Origin: Candidatus Iainarchaeum sp.
GTDB taxonomy: Archaea > Iainarchaeota > Iainarchaeia > Iainarchaeales > CSSED10-239
Assembly: GCA_028700115.1 (NCBI GenBank)
Contig: JAQVTI010000006.1
Location: 1-32,000 of the forward strand
DNA length: 32,000 nucleotides
Direction of reading: 5' to 3'
The position numbers were made by a program, and so were the translations under genes. The first letter of the stretch is position 1. Every line of letters begins with the position of its first letter. Positions 18,447 to 27,375 of the stretch are shown one piece after another. The notes under the pieces were generated by a model. That model saw only the letters and a program-made list of their open reading frames with translations. It had not been told where the DNA came from and made no database searches.

Positions 18447-19440
18447 TTTTCATTATAATTTCGTTTATTCTTTTAATGGTTTTTTTATCATTTTTATATT
18501 CTTTTAAATATTTTTTTTGTCTATTTTTAATTTCATTAATTGATGCTTTTTTTATTTTATTTTCATTAATTATTGCTTTTTTTATTTCATTTATCCCCAT
18601 TTCTGTAGGACTAAAGTATTTATTCATTTTATTTTTTTTAGATGTAATTTTTGATATTATTTTTTGAAGTATTTTAAAATTTTCTATATCTCTATTATAA
18701 TTAACAACTTTCTTTTTATGTTTTTTAAGATAATAAGGATCTATTTGATTTTTATCTCCTATATCTGCTGTTGCAGCTTCGTAAGCTATATTTATAGGAT
18801 GATTAATATCTAAATTCCATATAGGAAATGTTTCTAATTTTAAAAAGCCAGAATTTATTTTTTGTTTTGAATCATGGTATATTTGTGAAAGGCAAGTACT
18901 CATTTTTCCAGAGTTTGCAACTGCACTTGTAACAATAATTATTTTTTTAGATGTTTTTATATATTCATTTTTTAAATAACCATTTTTTCCAAGAATAATT
19001 TTTATATTATTTGGGTATTCTTTAATTTTTCTAGAAATATATACTTTATAATTTTTATTTTCTAATTTTTTTTTAAAATCTAAAGCATATTTTTCATCTT
19101 CACATCTTGTAATCATGACTCCTGCTATTTTAAATCTTTTTTTTAAATATTCTAATTCTTTTAATATTATTTTTGGATATTCTTTTTTAGAATTATAATC
19201 TTTTTTTATAGGATTTAGATGTTTTGAATAAATACAATAAATTATTTCAATTTCTTTTTTTATATTTTCTAAAATTCTAATTTTATTGTCTTCTTTATAA
19301 TCTATTAAAACTCTTTTTGCATGATAATCTTTAATTACATGCCCACCTATTTCTATATATATTTTATTAAATTTTTTTGCTCTTTTTTTTATTTCTTTTT
19401 TTGTAAGTTCTAAATATTTATTATTATCAAATGCTTTCAT
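18430..19440 (-). CDS. DUF1846/UPF0371-like protein, C-terminally short
   Basis: Family-like blocks: KYLELTKKEIKKRAKKFN, IEIGGHVIKDYHAKRVL, SAVANSGKMSTCLSQIYHDSK, KLETFPIWNLDINHPINIAYEAATADIGDKNQIDPYYL, VNYNRDIENF, YFSPTEMGIN. Confidence 0.85.
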   Translation of the reverse strand: MKAFDNNKYLELTKKEIKKRAKKFNKIYIEIGGHVIKDYHAKRVLIDYKEDNKIRILENIKKEIEIIYCIYSKHLNPIKKDYNSKKEYPKIILKELEYLKKRFKIAGVMITRCEDEKYALDFKKKLENKNYKVYISRKIKEYPNNIKIILGKNGYLKNEYIKTSKKIIIVTSAVANSGKMSTCLSQIYHDSKQKINSGFLKLETFPIWNLDINHPINIAYEAATADIGDKNQIDPYYLKKHKKKVVNYNRDIENFKILQKIISKITSKKNKMNKYFSPTEMGINEIKKAIINENKIKKASINEIKNRQKKYLKEYKNDKKTIKRINEIIMKIKKLY

Positions 19441-19562
19441 TTTTTCCCTTCTTTTTAAATATTTTTAAAGTTTGTGATATTATTCTTATTTATAAAAGGT
19501 TTTATAAATAAATATATTTAAATATATTAACTATCTATAATTATATAGTTAATGGTGTTTTT

Positions 19563-20495
19563 ATGTTTTTAAAAAAATTTTTGTTTTTTATAATTTGTTT
19601 TTTATTTTTATTATCTTCTTTATATTCTTCTGATTTTAATTTAAATTTAAACAGCACTCCTGATTTTAAAGATAATTCTTTAGATATTTTTTATATTCCA
19701 AAATCTGGTTTTTTTCAAATATTTTTTGATATATCTTCTGATTTAATTCCTAAAGATTATTTTAGTCCAAATAAAGTTGTTTATTCTTATAAAGTTTTTG
19801 ATTTAAAAAATAATAATTCTTATAAAAATCAAATAGATTTATCAATATCTAAAAATTTTGAATTTTTATATTCTGAATCTATTTCTTCTTTTTCATTAAA
19901 TTTATTATCTAAAGGTTTTAATGACCAAGATTTGTTAATTGAAGTAATTTCTGAAATTTATGATAGTTCAAATAATCTTTTAGAAAAAGATAATAGTTAT
20001 ATTAAATTAATATCAAATAATTCTGATATATATTATCCAGATACTATTAAAAAAAATGAACCTTTATATAGAGGGCATAATATATCTACTGATAAAATTA
20101 TTTTATATAAAAATACAAATAATGATTTTTTTATAAAACTTTTTGTAGAAAATAATTTTTCTTATGATGTTTCTTGTAAAATTAATAATGATATTTATGA
20201 TAATGATTTTTATATAACTAAAGATTATAATAAAGAACTTTTTAAATTTAATATTTCTTTAAAAAATAAGAATTTAGATTCTGGTAAGTTTTTAATCTTA
20301 TGTAATGCTTTTAATAAAAATAATTTTTATAAATTAAAAGATATTGAGTTAATATATATTAATGCAAATATTTTTACAGATAATAATTTTTCTGATATAA
20401 ATTATTCTATAGAAAATGAAGATATTTCTGTTTCTTCTAAAAAATATCATCTTTTTAAAGAATTTTTTAATAATATTTTTAATAGTTTTAAATAA
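19563..20495 (+). CDS. Hypothetical secreted/surface protein
   Basis: 310-aa ORF with N-terminal signal-peptide-like segment MFLKKFLFFIICFLFLLSSLYSSD and Asn/Ser/Asp-rich body. Confidence 0.7.
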   Translation: MFLKKFLFFIICFLFLLSSLYSSDFNLNLNSTPDFKDNSLDIFYIPKSGFFQIFFDISSDLIPKDYFSPNKVVYSYKVFDLKNNNSYKNQIDLSISKNFEFLYSESISSFSLNLLSKGFNDQDLLIEVISEIYDSSNNLLEKDNSYIKLISNNSDIYYPDTIKKNEPLYRGHNISTDKIILYKNTNNDFFIKLFVENNFSYDVSCKINNDIYDNDFYITKDYNKELFKFNISLKNKNLDSGKFLILCNAFNKNNFYKLKDIELIYINANIFTDNNFSDINYSIENEDISVSSKKYHLFKEFFNNIFNSFK

Positions 20496-20527
20496 TTTTT
20501 TATAATTTTAATTTTATAATTTTAATT

Positions 20528-20953
20528 TTATAATTTATCTGCAATAATGTGTGATATAAATCCAATTAATGCAAATATAAATAAATATTTTTCTAATAAT
20601 AAGAAAGGTAAAGCAACAATAATCCCAAATGCTATTGAATGCATCGGTCCTCTGTGTTTAGATATTATAAATATTGTTTCAATCCCTATAAGTATTGCTA
20701 TATATTTTAATACTTCTATTGTTTGTGTGAAATATAATATTATTAAGATAATTATTAAAATAAATATTATATAATCTATTTTTTTTCTAATATATGTATT
20801 TTTTTTATCTAAATCTGGAACAAGTGCATAAAATATAGTTATTATAAAACAATAAATTATATTTATTCCTTTAATATTATAAAAATCATTTATAATTATA
20901 TATGTTATTAAAAAAAATATTATTGAAAAAAATATATGTCCAAATTTATTCAT
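20528..20953 (-). CDS. YdjM/DUF457-like membrane-bound metal-dependent hydrolase
   Basis: Multi-TM; LVPDLDKKNTYIRKKI, KHRGPMHSIAFGI, GFISHIIADKL motifs. Confidence 0.75.
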   Translation of the reverse strand: MNKFGHIFFSIIFFLITYIIINDFYNIKGINIIYCFIITIFYALVPDLDKKNTYIRKKIDYIIFILIIILIILYFTQTIEVLKYIAILIGIETIFIISKHRGPMHSIAFGIIVALPFLLLEKYLFIFALIGFISHIIADKL

Positions 20954-21005
20954 ATAAATATCTATTTAGATAAATAATTATAAACTATTTGTTCTATATT
21001 TTTAT

Positions 21006-21803
21006 ATGGATTTATTAAATTATATATTTCTAGGATTAATTCAAGGAATATTTGAATGGCTTCCAATAAGTTCTCAAGGAAGTTTAGTTATTTTTCTAAA
21101 TTATTTTTTAAATATACCTATTGATATTTCTTTAAATTATTCTGTTTTTTTACATCTTGGTACTACTTTTTCTGCAATAATTTATTTTAGAAAAGAAATT
21201 AAAGATCTTTTTTTACAAAAAAATATTTTTGGTTTTTTAAAAAATCCATTTTCTACAGAAAAGAATATTTCTTTTTTTAGATTTTTATTTATTTCTACAT
21301 TTATTAGTATTATTTTAGGTGGTTTAATTTATTTATTTTTTAGTAATTATGTTATTTCTTTTTTATATATTAATTTTATTATTGGTTTATTATTAATTTT
21401 TACAGGAATAATGTTATATTTCTCTAAAAAAAGTTTTTTAAAAAAAGAAAATTTGTCTATAAGGAATTCTTTTTTTTTAGGTTTATTTCAAGCAATGTCT
21501 ACTCTTCCAGGGATAAGTAGAAGTGGGATGACTACTTCTGTTTTACTTTTTGAAGGTTTTTCTGCTGAAAAGGCTTTTAGTATTAGTTTTTTACTTTCTA
21601 TTCCTTTTGTATTAATTGGTGAAATTGGTTTAATTATTTTAAATGGTGTTACTTTTAATTATTTTATATTAATTTCTATATTTATAGCTTTTATTGTTGG
21701 GTATTTTACAATTGGTTTACTCTTAAAGTTTGCAAAAAAAGTGGATTTTTCATTATTTTGTTTTATATTAGGTATTTTTTACATTTTTTTATTTTTTATT
21801 TAA
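21006..21803 (+). CDS. uppP: Undecaprenyl-diphosphatase-like polyprenyl pyrophosphatase UppP/BacA
   Basis: GLIQGIFEWLPISSQGSLV and ALSTLPGISRSGMTT-like block (FQAMSTLPGISRSGMTTSVLL). Confidence 0.93.
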   Translation: MDLLNYIFLGLIQGIFEWLPISSQGSLVIFLNYFLNIPIDISLNYSVFLHLGTTFSAIIYFRKEIKDLFLQKNIFGFLKNPFSTEKNISFFRFLFISTFISIILGGLIYLFFSNYVISFLYINFIIGLLLIFTGIMLYFSKKSFLKKENLSIRNSFFLGLFQAMSTLPGISRSGMTTSVLLFEGFSAEKAFSISFLLSIPFVLIGEIGLIILNGVTFNYFILISIFIAFIVGYFTIGLLLKFAKKVDFSLFCFILGIFYIFLFFI

Positions 21804-22106
21804 TTTTTTATTTTTTTAATTTTAATTTTTTTATTAATTTTAATTATTTTAATTTTTTTAGTTTATATTGTTTTAGTATAGTTTGTCTATTTTTTTAATA
21901 AATATAGATTTAATATATATAAATTATTTAAAATATATTTTTTATATAATTTTATTAGTCTTTAAATAATTGGAATTTTTTAATTATTTATTTTATATAA
22001 CATTTTGGTTTATTTTAATAATTTTTTTTATAAATCACTATATATATCTATTTATAAATATTTACTTCTTTTAATAATTTAAGTATATTAAAATATGTGA
22101 TTATAT

Positions 22107-22427
22107 ATGTCAGAAGAAATAATTAATTTAGAAGATTCAAATTTTGAATCTGTTTTAAAAGAAAAAGAAATTGCAATTGTAGATTTTTGGGCAGAATGGT
22201 GTGGTCCTTGTAAAATGTTTTCAAATATTTTTGAAGATTTTGCATCTAAAAATAAAGATGTTTTTTGTGCAAAGGTAAATGTAGATTTAGCAAAGAATAT
22301 TTCTCAAAAATATAATATTATGTCAATTCCTACAATTATGATTTTTAAAAAAGGTATTTTAGTAAAACAACAAATAGGTATTTTACCAGTTGATTTATTG
22401 GAGAAATTAATATTAGAAGTTAAATAA
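22107..22427 (+). CDS. trxA: Thioredoxin
   Basis: VDFWAEWCGPCKMFSNIFEDFA, MSIPTIMIFKKG; 106 aa. Confidence 0.94.
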   Translation: MSEEIINLEDSNFESVLKEKEIAIVDFWAEWCGPCKMFSNIFEDFASKNKDVFCAKVNVDLAKNISQKYNIMSIPTIMIFKKGILVKQQIGILPVDLLEKLILEVK

Positions 22428-22454
22428 TTTTTATAATATTAAAAAGGTGTTTTT

Positions 22455-23966
22455 ATGACTTATTCATTTTTATTAAATGCAAAAATAATAGATATTTCTG
22501 CTGATTATCCTATAGTTATTTTAAATCCTAATGTTGCAAAAAAGTTAAATGCAAATCATTTAGATAGAATGCAGTTAGAAATAAATAATAAAATAACAGT
22601 TTGTGTGTTAGATACATCTCATTCATATGTAGATGAAAATAGTGTTGGACTTTTTAAAGATACTGCTTTTGATTTAAATATTAGTAATAATGATAAAATT
22701 AAAATAAGTGTTTTACCTCATCCAAAATCTGTGGATTATATTATTTCTAAAATTAATAATAAAACTTTAAATGCAGAACAATTAAGAGAAATTGTAAAAG
22801 ATATTAATTCTAATAGTATTTCTGAAGTTGAACTTTCAGCTTTTATAACTTCTATTTTTATTAATGGTTTTAATATTGATGAAACTACTGATTTTTGTAA
22901 AGAATTAATTGAAATTGGGGATAAAATTGAATTTAATGAAAAAATTATTTTAGATAAGCATTCTATTGGTGGAATTAATGGTAGAGTATCTATGATTATT
23001 ACTCCTATTATTTCTTCTTTAGGATATAAAATCCCAAAAACAGCCTCTCGTTCAATAACATCTGCAGCAGGAACTGCTGATGCTATGGAAGTTTTAGCTC
23101 CAGTTTCTTTTACAATTGATGAAATTAAAGAAATTATAAATAAAGTTGGTGGTGTTATATCATGGGAGGGAAAATTTGATCTTTGTCCTGTTGATAATAC
23201 TATTATAAATATAGAGCATGCTTTAAATATAAATCCTGAAGGAATAATGATTGGTTCTATTCTTTCTAAAAAGAAAAGTATTGGTTCAACTCATCTTATA
23301 ATTGATATTCCTGTAGGCCCAGAAGTAAAAATTAAAGATAAAGAGAACGGAGAAAGATTAGCTAAAAAATTTATTGCTATTAGTAAATCTTTAGGTATAA
23401 AAACAAAAGTTTTACTTACAGATGGTTTATCTCCATGCGGATATTCTTTTGGACCTGCATTAGAAGCTAAATCTGTTTTAGAAATTTTAGAAAATAAATA
23501 TTTTGATAATTTAGCAAGTAAATCATGTGCAATTGCTGGAGAGCTTTTAGAACTTGTTGGTCATGTAAAAGAAGGTCAAGGATATAATTTTGCAAAAGAA
23601 ATTATAACTTCTGGAAAAGCTTTAGAAAAGTTTAAAGAAATTATAAAAGTTCAGGGAGGTAATATTTTTTCTTCTAAAGATGTTCCTAAAGCAAGTTTTA
23701 TTAGAAATATTTTGTCTCCAGAAAATGGTACTATAATTTCATATAGTATAAAAATTTTTACTAAAATATCTTCTTTTTTAGGAGCTCCAATAGATAAATG
23801 TGCAGGTGTTTTAATAAAAAAAGAAATTGGTTCAAATGTAAAAAAAGGAGAAGTTCTTTTTGAAATTCATTCTGATAGTGAACAAAAATTAAAATTTACT
23901 GAAAATTATATTCTAGATAATTTTCCTGTAAGTTTTGAAAAAGTTATTTTAGATGAATTTTCTTAA
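22455..23966 (+). CDS. deoA: AMP phosphorylase (archaeal DeoA/thymidine phosphorylase family)
   Basis: DKHSIGGINGRVSMIITPIISSLGYKIPKTASRSITSAAGTADAMEVLAPVSF; 503 aa with N-terminal archaeal extension; GGTG upstream of ATG. Confidence 0.93.
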   Translation: MTYSFLLNAKIIDISADYPIVILNPNVAKKLNANHLDRMQLEINNKITVCVLDTSHSYVDENSVGLFKDTAFDLNISNNDKIKISVLPHPKSVDYIISKINNKTLNAEQLREIVKDINSNSISEVELSAFITSIFINGFNIDETTDFCKELIEIGDKIEFNEKIILDKHSIGGINGRVSMIITPIISSLGYKIPKTASRSITSAAGTADAMEVLAPVSFTIDEIKEIINKVGGVISWEGKFDLCPVDNTIINIEHALNINPEGIMIGSILSKKKSIGSTHLIIDIPVGPEVKIKDKENGERLAKKFIAISKSLGIKTKVLLTDGLSPCGYSFGPALEAKSVLEILENKYFDNLASKSCAIAGELLELVGHVKEGQGYNFAKEIITSGKALEKFKEIIKVQGGNIFSSKDVPKASFIRNILSPENGTIISYSIKIFTKISSFLGAPIDKCAGVLIKKEIGSNVKKGEVLFEIHSDSEQKLKFTENYILDNFPVSFEKVILDEFS

Positions 23967-24014
23967 ATTTAATTTTATTTTTATAAATTTATTTATCTAT
24001 ATTTTTTTATGAGT

Positions 24015-24806
24015 TTAAAATATTTTTTTATATATTTCTTTAAATTGATTTACATTTATTTGTTTTATTTTTAATTTTTTTGTTTTTAAATCTATTTTTT
24101 CAATATTTATTTTATTAAACATTTTTGGATTTATTTTTTTTGCAAGTTTTAATCCATTTAATAAGTCTTTATTTGAAAATCTAAATATTGTTTTAATAAA
24201 TTCAATATATTTTTCATCTTTTTTAATATTGTAAGGATTTATTTCAATTAATGTTGAATCAACTTTTGGTCTAGGATAAAAATTATTTTTTTTAATATTT
24301 GCAATAAATTTTATATTTCCATAACTTTGTGCAAGAACTGTTGTTGCAACATAATTTTCAAAACCTTCAATTGCAATTAATTTATCTGCAAATTCTTTTT
24401 GTACCATTAAAACTGTTTTTTTTGTAGAGTTTATTTTTTCTAAAATTTCTTGAGAAATAGAATATGGTATAAATCCAATTATTTTATCAAATTTTATTTT
24501 ATTTAAATCAACATCTAAAAAATCTTTATTTATTATTTCTATATTTTTATTTTCAAATTCATTTTTTAAGATTTCAACTAATTTTTTATCCTTTTCAATA
24601 ACTATTACTTTTTTTGCAAGTTTTAATATTTCTTTTGTAAGATTTCCTGTTCCTGGTCCAATTTCTAAAATTGTTTCTTCTTTTAAAATTTCTAAGGCTT
24701 TAATTGCTTTTTCTATCGGTTTTGTTGTAATTATAAAATTTTGATCAAATTTATAATCTGGTTTAAATCCATATTTTAACATTAAGTCATATATTTTTTT
24801 TTGCAT
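24015..24806 (-). CDS. ksgA: 16S rRNA adenine dimethyltransferase KsgA/Dim1
   Basis: Rossmann motif VLEIGPGTGNLTKEI; IGFIPYSIS in place of the usual NLPY; KVDSTLIEI. Confidence 0.92.
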   Translation of the reverse strand: MQKKIYDLMLKYGFKPDYKFDQNFIITTKPIEKAIKALEILKEETILEIGPGTGNLTKEILKLAKKVIVIEKDKKLVEILKNEFENKNIEIINKDFLDVDLNKIKFDKIIGFIPYSISQEILEKINSTKKTVLMVQKEFADKLIAIEGFENYVATTVLAQSYGNIKFIANIKKNNFYPRPKVDSTLIEINPYNIKKDEKYIEFIKTIFRFSNKDLLNGLKLAKKINPKMFNKINIEKIDLKTKKLKIKQINVNQFKEIYKKIF

Positions 24807-24871
24807 AATTTGTTCTCTTTTTATAATTTGTTTTTAAGAAATTAATTTAAAATAAATAAAGAAAAAGATTT

Positions 24872-25405
24872 TTATTTATTAGAAACAAAAGGTATTGTGA
24901 ATAAATTATATTTTATATCTGGCCCACCTTCAATTTCATCAATTATTCTATTTACAATTACTTTTACTGGGTCTGGTAGCATTTCAATATCATTTATTTC
25001 TTTAAATGATTTAAACTTTCCTTTTTCTTTAATATGCTGTATTATTGCCATTCTATGTTTTTTTCCAATCATTGGAAGTAAATCTAATTGATGTCTTCTA
25101 AGTCCTATTGGTTTTGCAATATTAAAAAAATTTACAAATTTAGATTCATTTTTTATAACAATTGTTTCAATTGCTTTTTCTAATTCCCTTTTTGCATTTA
25201 TAGTCATTTTAGAATAATTTATTCTTCTTACAATTTGATTTTCTGTGTTTATAATTTCTTGAGGTTTTACATCTTTATCGCTAATTATTTCTAAAATTGA
25301 AAAATTAGATAGACCTATACATTGTATTACTGATGTATGTTTAAATTTTATTTCTTTTTTCAATTTATCTAAAACAATTGCTTCTTTAATCATATATAAC
25401 CTCAT
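24872..25405 (-). CDS. DUF655 family RNA-binding-like protein
   Basis: IKHTSVIQCIGLSNFSILEIISD, LHQLDLLPMIGKKHRMAIIQHIKEKGKFKSFKEI; conserved position between Rpb4 and KsgA. Confidence 0.85.
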   Translation of the reverse strand: MRLYMIKEAIVLDKLKKEIKFKHTSVIQCIGLSNFSILEIISDKDVKPQEIINTENQIVRRINYSKMTINAKRELEKAIETIVIKNESKFVNFFNIAKPIGLRRHQLDLLPMIGKKHRMAIIQHIKEKGKFKSFKEINDIEMLPDPVKVIVNRIIDEIEGGPDIKYNLFTIPFVSNK

Positions 25406-25725
25406 TTTTTGTATTTTTCAATAATTTTTAGTATTTCTTCTTTTGTTTCATCATTTATTTCTTTTTCTTTTTCAAGTATTAAATCGAGTTCTATTTTATT
25501 TGGGATTATATCTACTATTTTTGTTGCAATTTCATTTGAAACTTGTGTTTTTTCTAAAATTTCATCTTTTAATTTTTTTGCATTTGTAGGAGTTATTAAT
25601 GCAAATAGTTTAGAATGTTCATATGCTAATTTTTGTTCATAATTTAATTCTTTTTCTTTTGATTTTTCTGAAAGTATTTTCTTTACTTCTGAAATAGTAA
25701 CTCCTTCTATAAATTCTGTGTTCAT
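25402..25725 (-). CDS. rpoF: DNA-directed RNA polymerase subunit F (Rpb4)
   Basis: 107-aa acidic/Lys-rich helical protein in the canonical L21e-Rpb4-DUF655-KsgA cluster; ISEVKKILSEK...LNYEQKLAYEHSKLFA. Confidence 0.85.
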   Translation of the reverse strand: MNTEFIEGVTISEVKKILSEKSKEKELNYEQKLAYEHSKLFALITPTNAKKLKDEILEKTQVSNEIATKIVDIIPNKIELDLILEKEKEINDETKEEILKIIEKYKK

Positions 25726-26036
25726 TTTTTATCCCCTTTAATTAATTGAAATATTTTTTTTAAATGTACTTTATGAGATATTATTTTTTTCTTTTTATTT
25801 CCATCTTTAATATCTACAATTGGGGAATTTCCTTGAAATCCTATAACTTTTCCAGTTTTTCCATATGTTCTTCTAAAAGGCATTCCTTTTTGAATAGAAC
25901 TATTTATATTAATTTGTACTGTGTCTCCAACTTTTATTTCTTTTATCATTTCATTAACAGTTGTCTTTGCTCTTACATTTCTTCTAAGAACATTTCTAGT
26001 TCTTGCTCTTTTTCCTTTTGCTTTTTTATTTGCCAT
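25722..26036 (-). CDS. rpl21e: 50S ribosomal protein L21e
   Basis: KGKRARTRNVLRRNVR...VGDTVQINI..SIQKGMPFRRTYGKTGKVIG. Confidence 0.94.
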   Translation of the reverse strand: MANKKAKGKRARTRNVLRRNVRAKTTVNEMIKEIKVGDTVQININSSIQKGMPFRRTYGKTGKVIGFQGNSPIVDIKDGNKKKKIISHKVHLKKIFQLIKGDKK

Positions 26037-26283
26037 TATTTTTCACTTTTTTATTTTTTTAATTATTTTTGAAAAAATATTTATTATATATTTTCTTTAT
26101 TCTTTTAAGAATTAGAAACTATACTTATAAATATTTAAATCTATTAATAAATATATAATATAGAACAGATAGTTTTTAAAAGGGTTTTTTTATATTTTAA
26201 AAACTTAGTATTTATAAACCCCTTTATAAATCTTTTCATTATATATTAAATATATTTAGTTATTTTAAAAAGGTGGGGTTTTT

Positions 26284-26829
26284 ATGAGTAATTATACAAT
26301 TGTAAATTTAGTTGCATCTAGTAATTTAGGGCAAACACTTGATCTTTATAATCTTGCTGCAGCAATTCCTGATGTAGAATATGAACCAGAACAATTTCCT
26401 GGTGCTATTTTTAAATTAAAAGAACCAAAAGTATCATTATTATTATTTAAAAATGGAAAAATAATTATTTCTGGGGCATCTTCTGAAAAAGATATTGTTG
26501 CAGGAATAAAAAAAGCAACTAAATTAATTGGAGAAATTGAAAAAAATGTTAAAATAAAGGCTTCTCCAAAATATGAAATTGTAAATTTAGTTGCAACTTC
26601 TTCTTTAAATAAGACTATTGATTTATTTCAAGCTGCAGTAACTTTAGATGATATTGAATATGAACCAGAACAATTTCCTGGTGCTATAATTAGATTATAT
26701 AATCCAAAGATAACACTTTTACTTTTTAAAAATGGGAAATTAATTTGTGCTGGTGCTAAATCTGAAGATGATATTAATAAATCTGTAAATAAAATTAAAA
26801 AATTATTAAAAGATAATAAATCTGAATAA
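26284..26829 (+). CDS. tbp: TATA-box-binding protein
   Basis: Two imperfect repeats, YTIVNLVASSNLGQTLDL...PEQFPGAIFKLKEPKVSLLLFKNGKIIISGA and YEIVNLVATSSLNKTIDL...PEQFPGAIIRLYNPKITLLLFKNGKLICAGA. Confidence 0.97.
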   Translation: MSNYTIVNLVASSNLGQTLDLYNLAAAIPDVEYEPEQFPGAIFKLKEPKVSLLLFKNGKIIISGASSEKDIVAGIKKATKLIGEIEKNVKIKASPKYEIVNLVATSSLNKTIDLFQAAVTLDDIEYEPEQFPGAIIRLYNPKITLLLFKNGKLICAGAKSEDDINKSVNKIKKLLKDNKSE

Positions 26830-26843
26830 TTTTTTTATTTTTC

Positions 26844-26979
26844 TTATTTTTTTGCATCTGTTGCAGGTACTATTTTTGCAAGAGATTTATTTAAAGGTAT
26901 TTTTTCTACAGAGTTTGCAGGTATTGCATTAAAGGATTTTTCATCTTTGTTTCTGCTTTTATTTAAATTTATTTTTCAT
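26844..26979 (-). CDS. Possible small gene, frameshifted or with non-standard start
   Basis: Minus-strand frame KINLNKSRNKDEKSFNAIPANSVEKIPLNKSLAKIVPATDAKK* (44 codons incl. stop, 26975-26844) has no ATG/GTG/TTG. An out-of-frame ATG at 26979 would join it after a 1-nt deletion. Confidence 0.3.
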
Positions 26980-27010
26980 TTTTCTTAGTTTTTATAGTTT
27001 TTTTAAAATA
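26930..27010. repeat. Dispersed repeat copy 2 (partner at 783-858)
   Basis: Manual alignment to 783-858: shared TTTTTCATCTTTGTTTCT, TTTATTTTTC and TTCTTAGTTTTTATAGTTTTTT blocks. Confidence 0.85.
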
Positions 27011-27087
27011 CCCTTAAACCATATCTATTTAAATCTTTTTTTTAATATTATTTTTGATTTTTTAATGTATATTAAAAAAAACATTTA

Positions 27088-27095
27088 TTTAAAAA
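27088..27095 (+). promoter_or_regulatory. Candidate TATA box for 5S rRNA
   Basis: TTTAAAAA about 23-30 nt upstream of the 5S start. Confidence 0.4.
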
Positions 27096-27117
27096 CATTG
27101 TGGTTTATAATTATTTT

Positions 27118-27233
27118 GTTAGCGACCATAGGAATAAAGAAACACCTGGTCCCATTCCGAACCCAGAAGTTAAGTTTATTTCCGTTCTTGGATGCTGTTA
27201 GTTCTTGCTAGCTGCGACTTGATAGTTGCTAAC
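27118..27233 (+). rRNA. rrf: 5S ribosomal RNA
   Basis: GTTAGCGACC...ACACCTGGTCCCATTCCGAACCCAGAAGTTAAG..., closing helix GTTAGCGAC/GTTGCTAAC. Confidence 0.96.
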
Positions 27234-27375
27234 TTTTATACTTTTTTTAATTTAAAATATTTTTTTAAAAATTTATTTTATTTTTTTCTAATTTTTCTAA
27301 TTTTTAAAAAAACAATTCTTTTTAATATATTTTTGTTTATAATCTATATTATATATTAATAAATTTTGAATAATT

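Noticed and set aside
18476-18667. Plus-strand 63-aa ORF
   Set aside because: Antisense to the DUF1846-like gene.
20547-20774. Plus-strand 75-aa ORF
   Set aside because: Antisense to the YdjM-like hydrolase gene.
21804-22100. Dense TTTAATTTT repeats downstream of uppP
   Set aside because: Simple low-complexity AT DNA without a consistent period or unit; no CRISPR-like direct repeats.
24897-26115. Plus-strand ORFs 24897-25091, 25409-25642, 25764-26072 and 25921-26115
   Set aside because: Antisense shadows of DUF655, Rpb4 and L21e; Phe/Ser/Tyr-rich.
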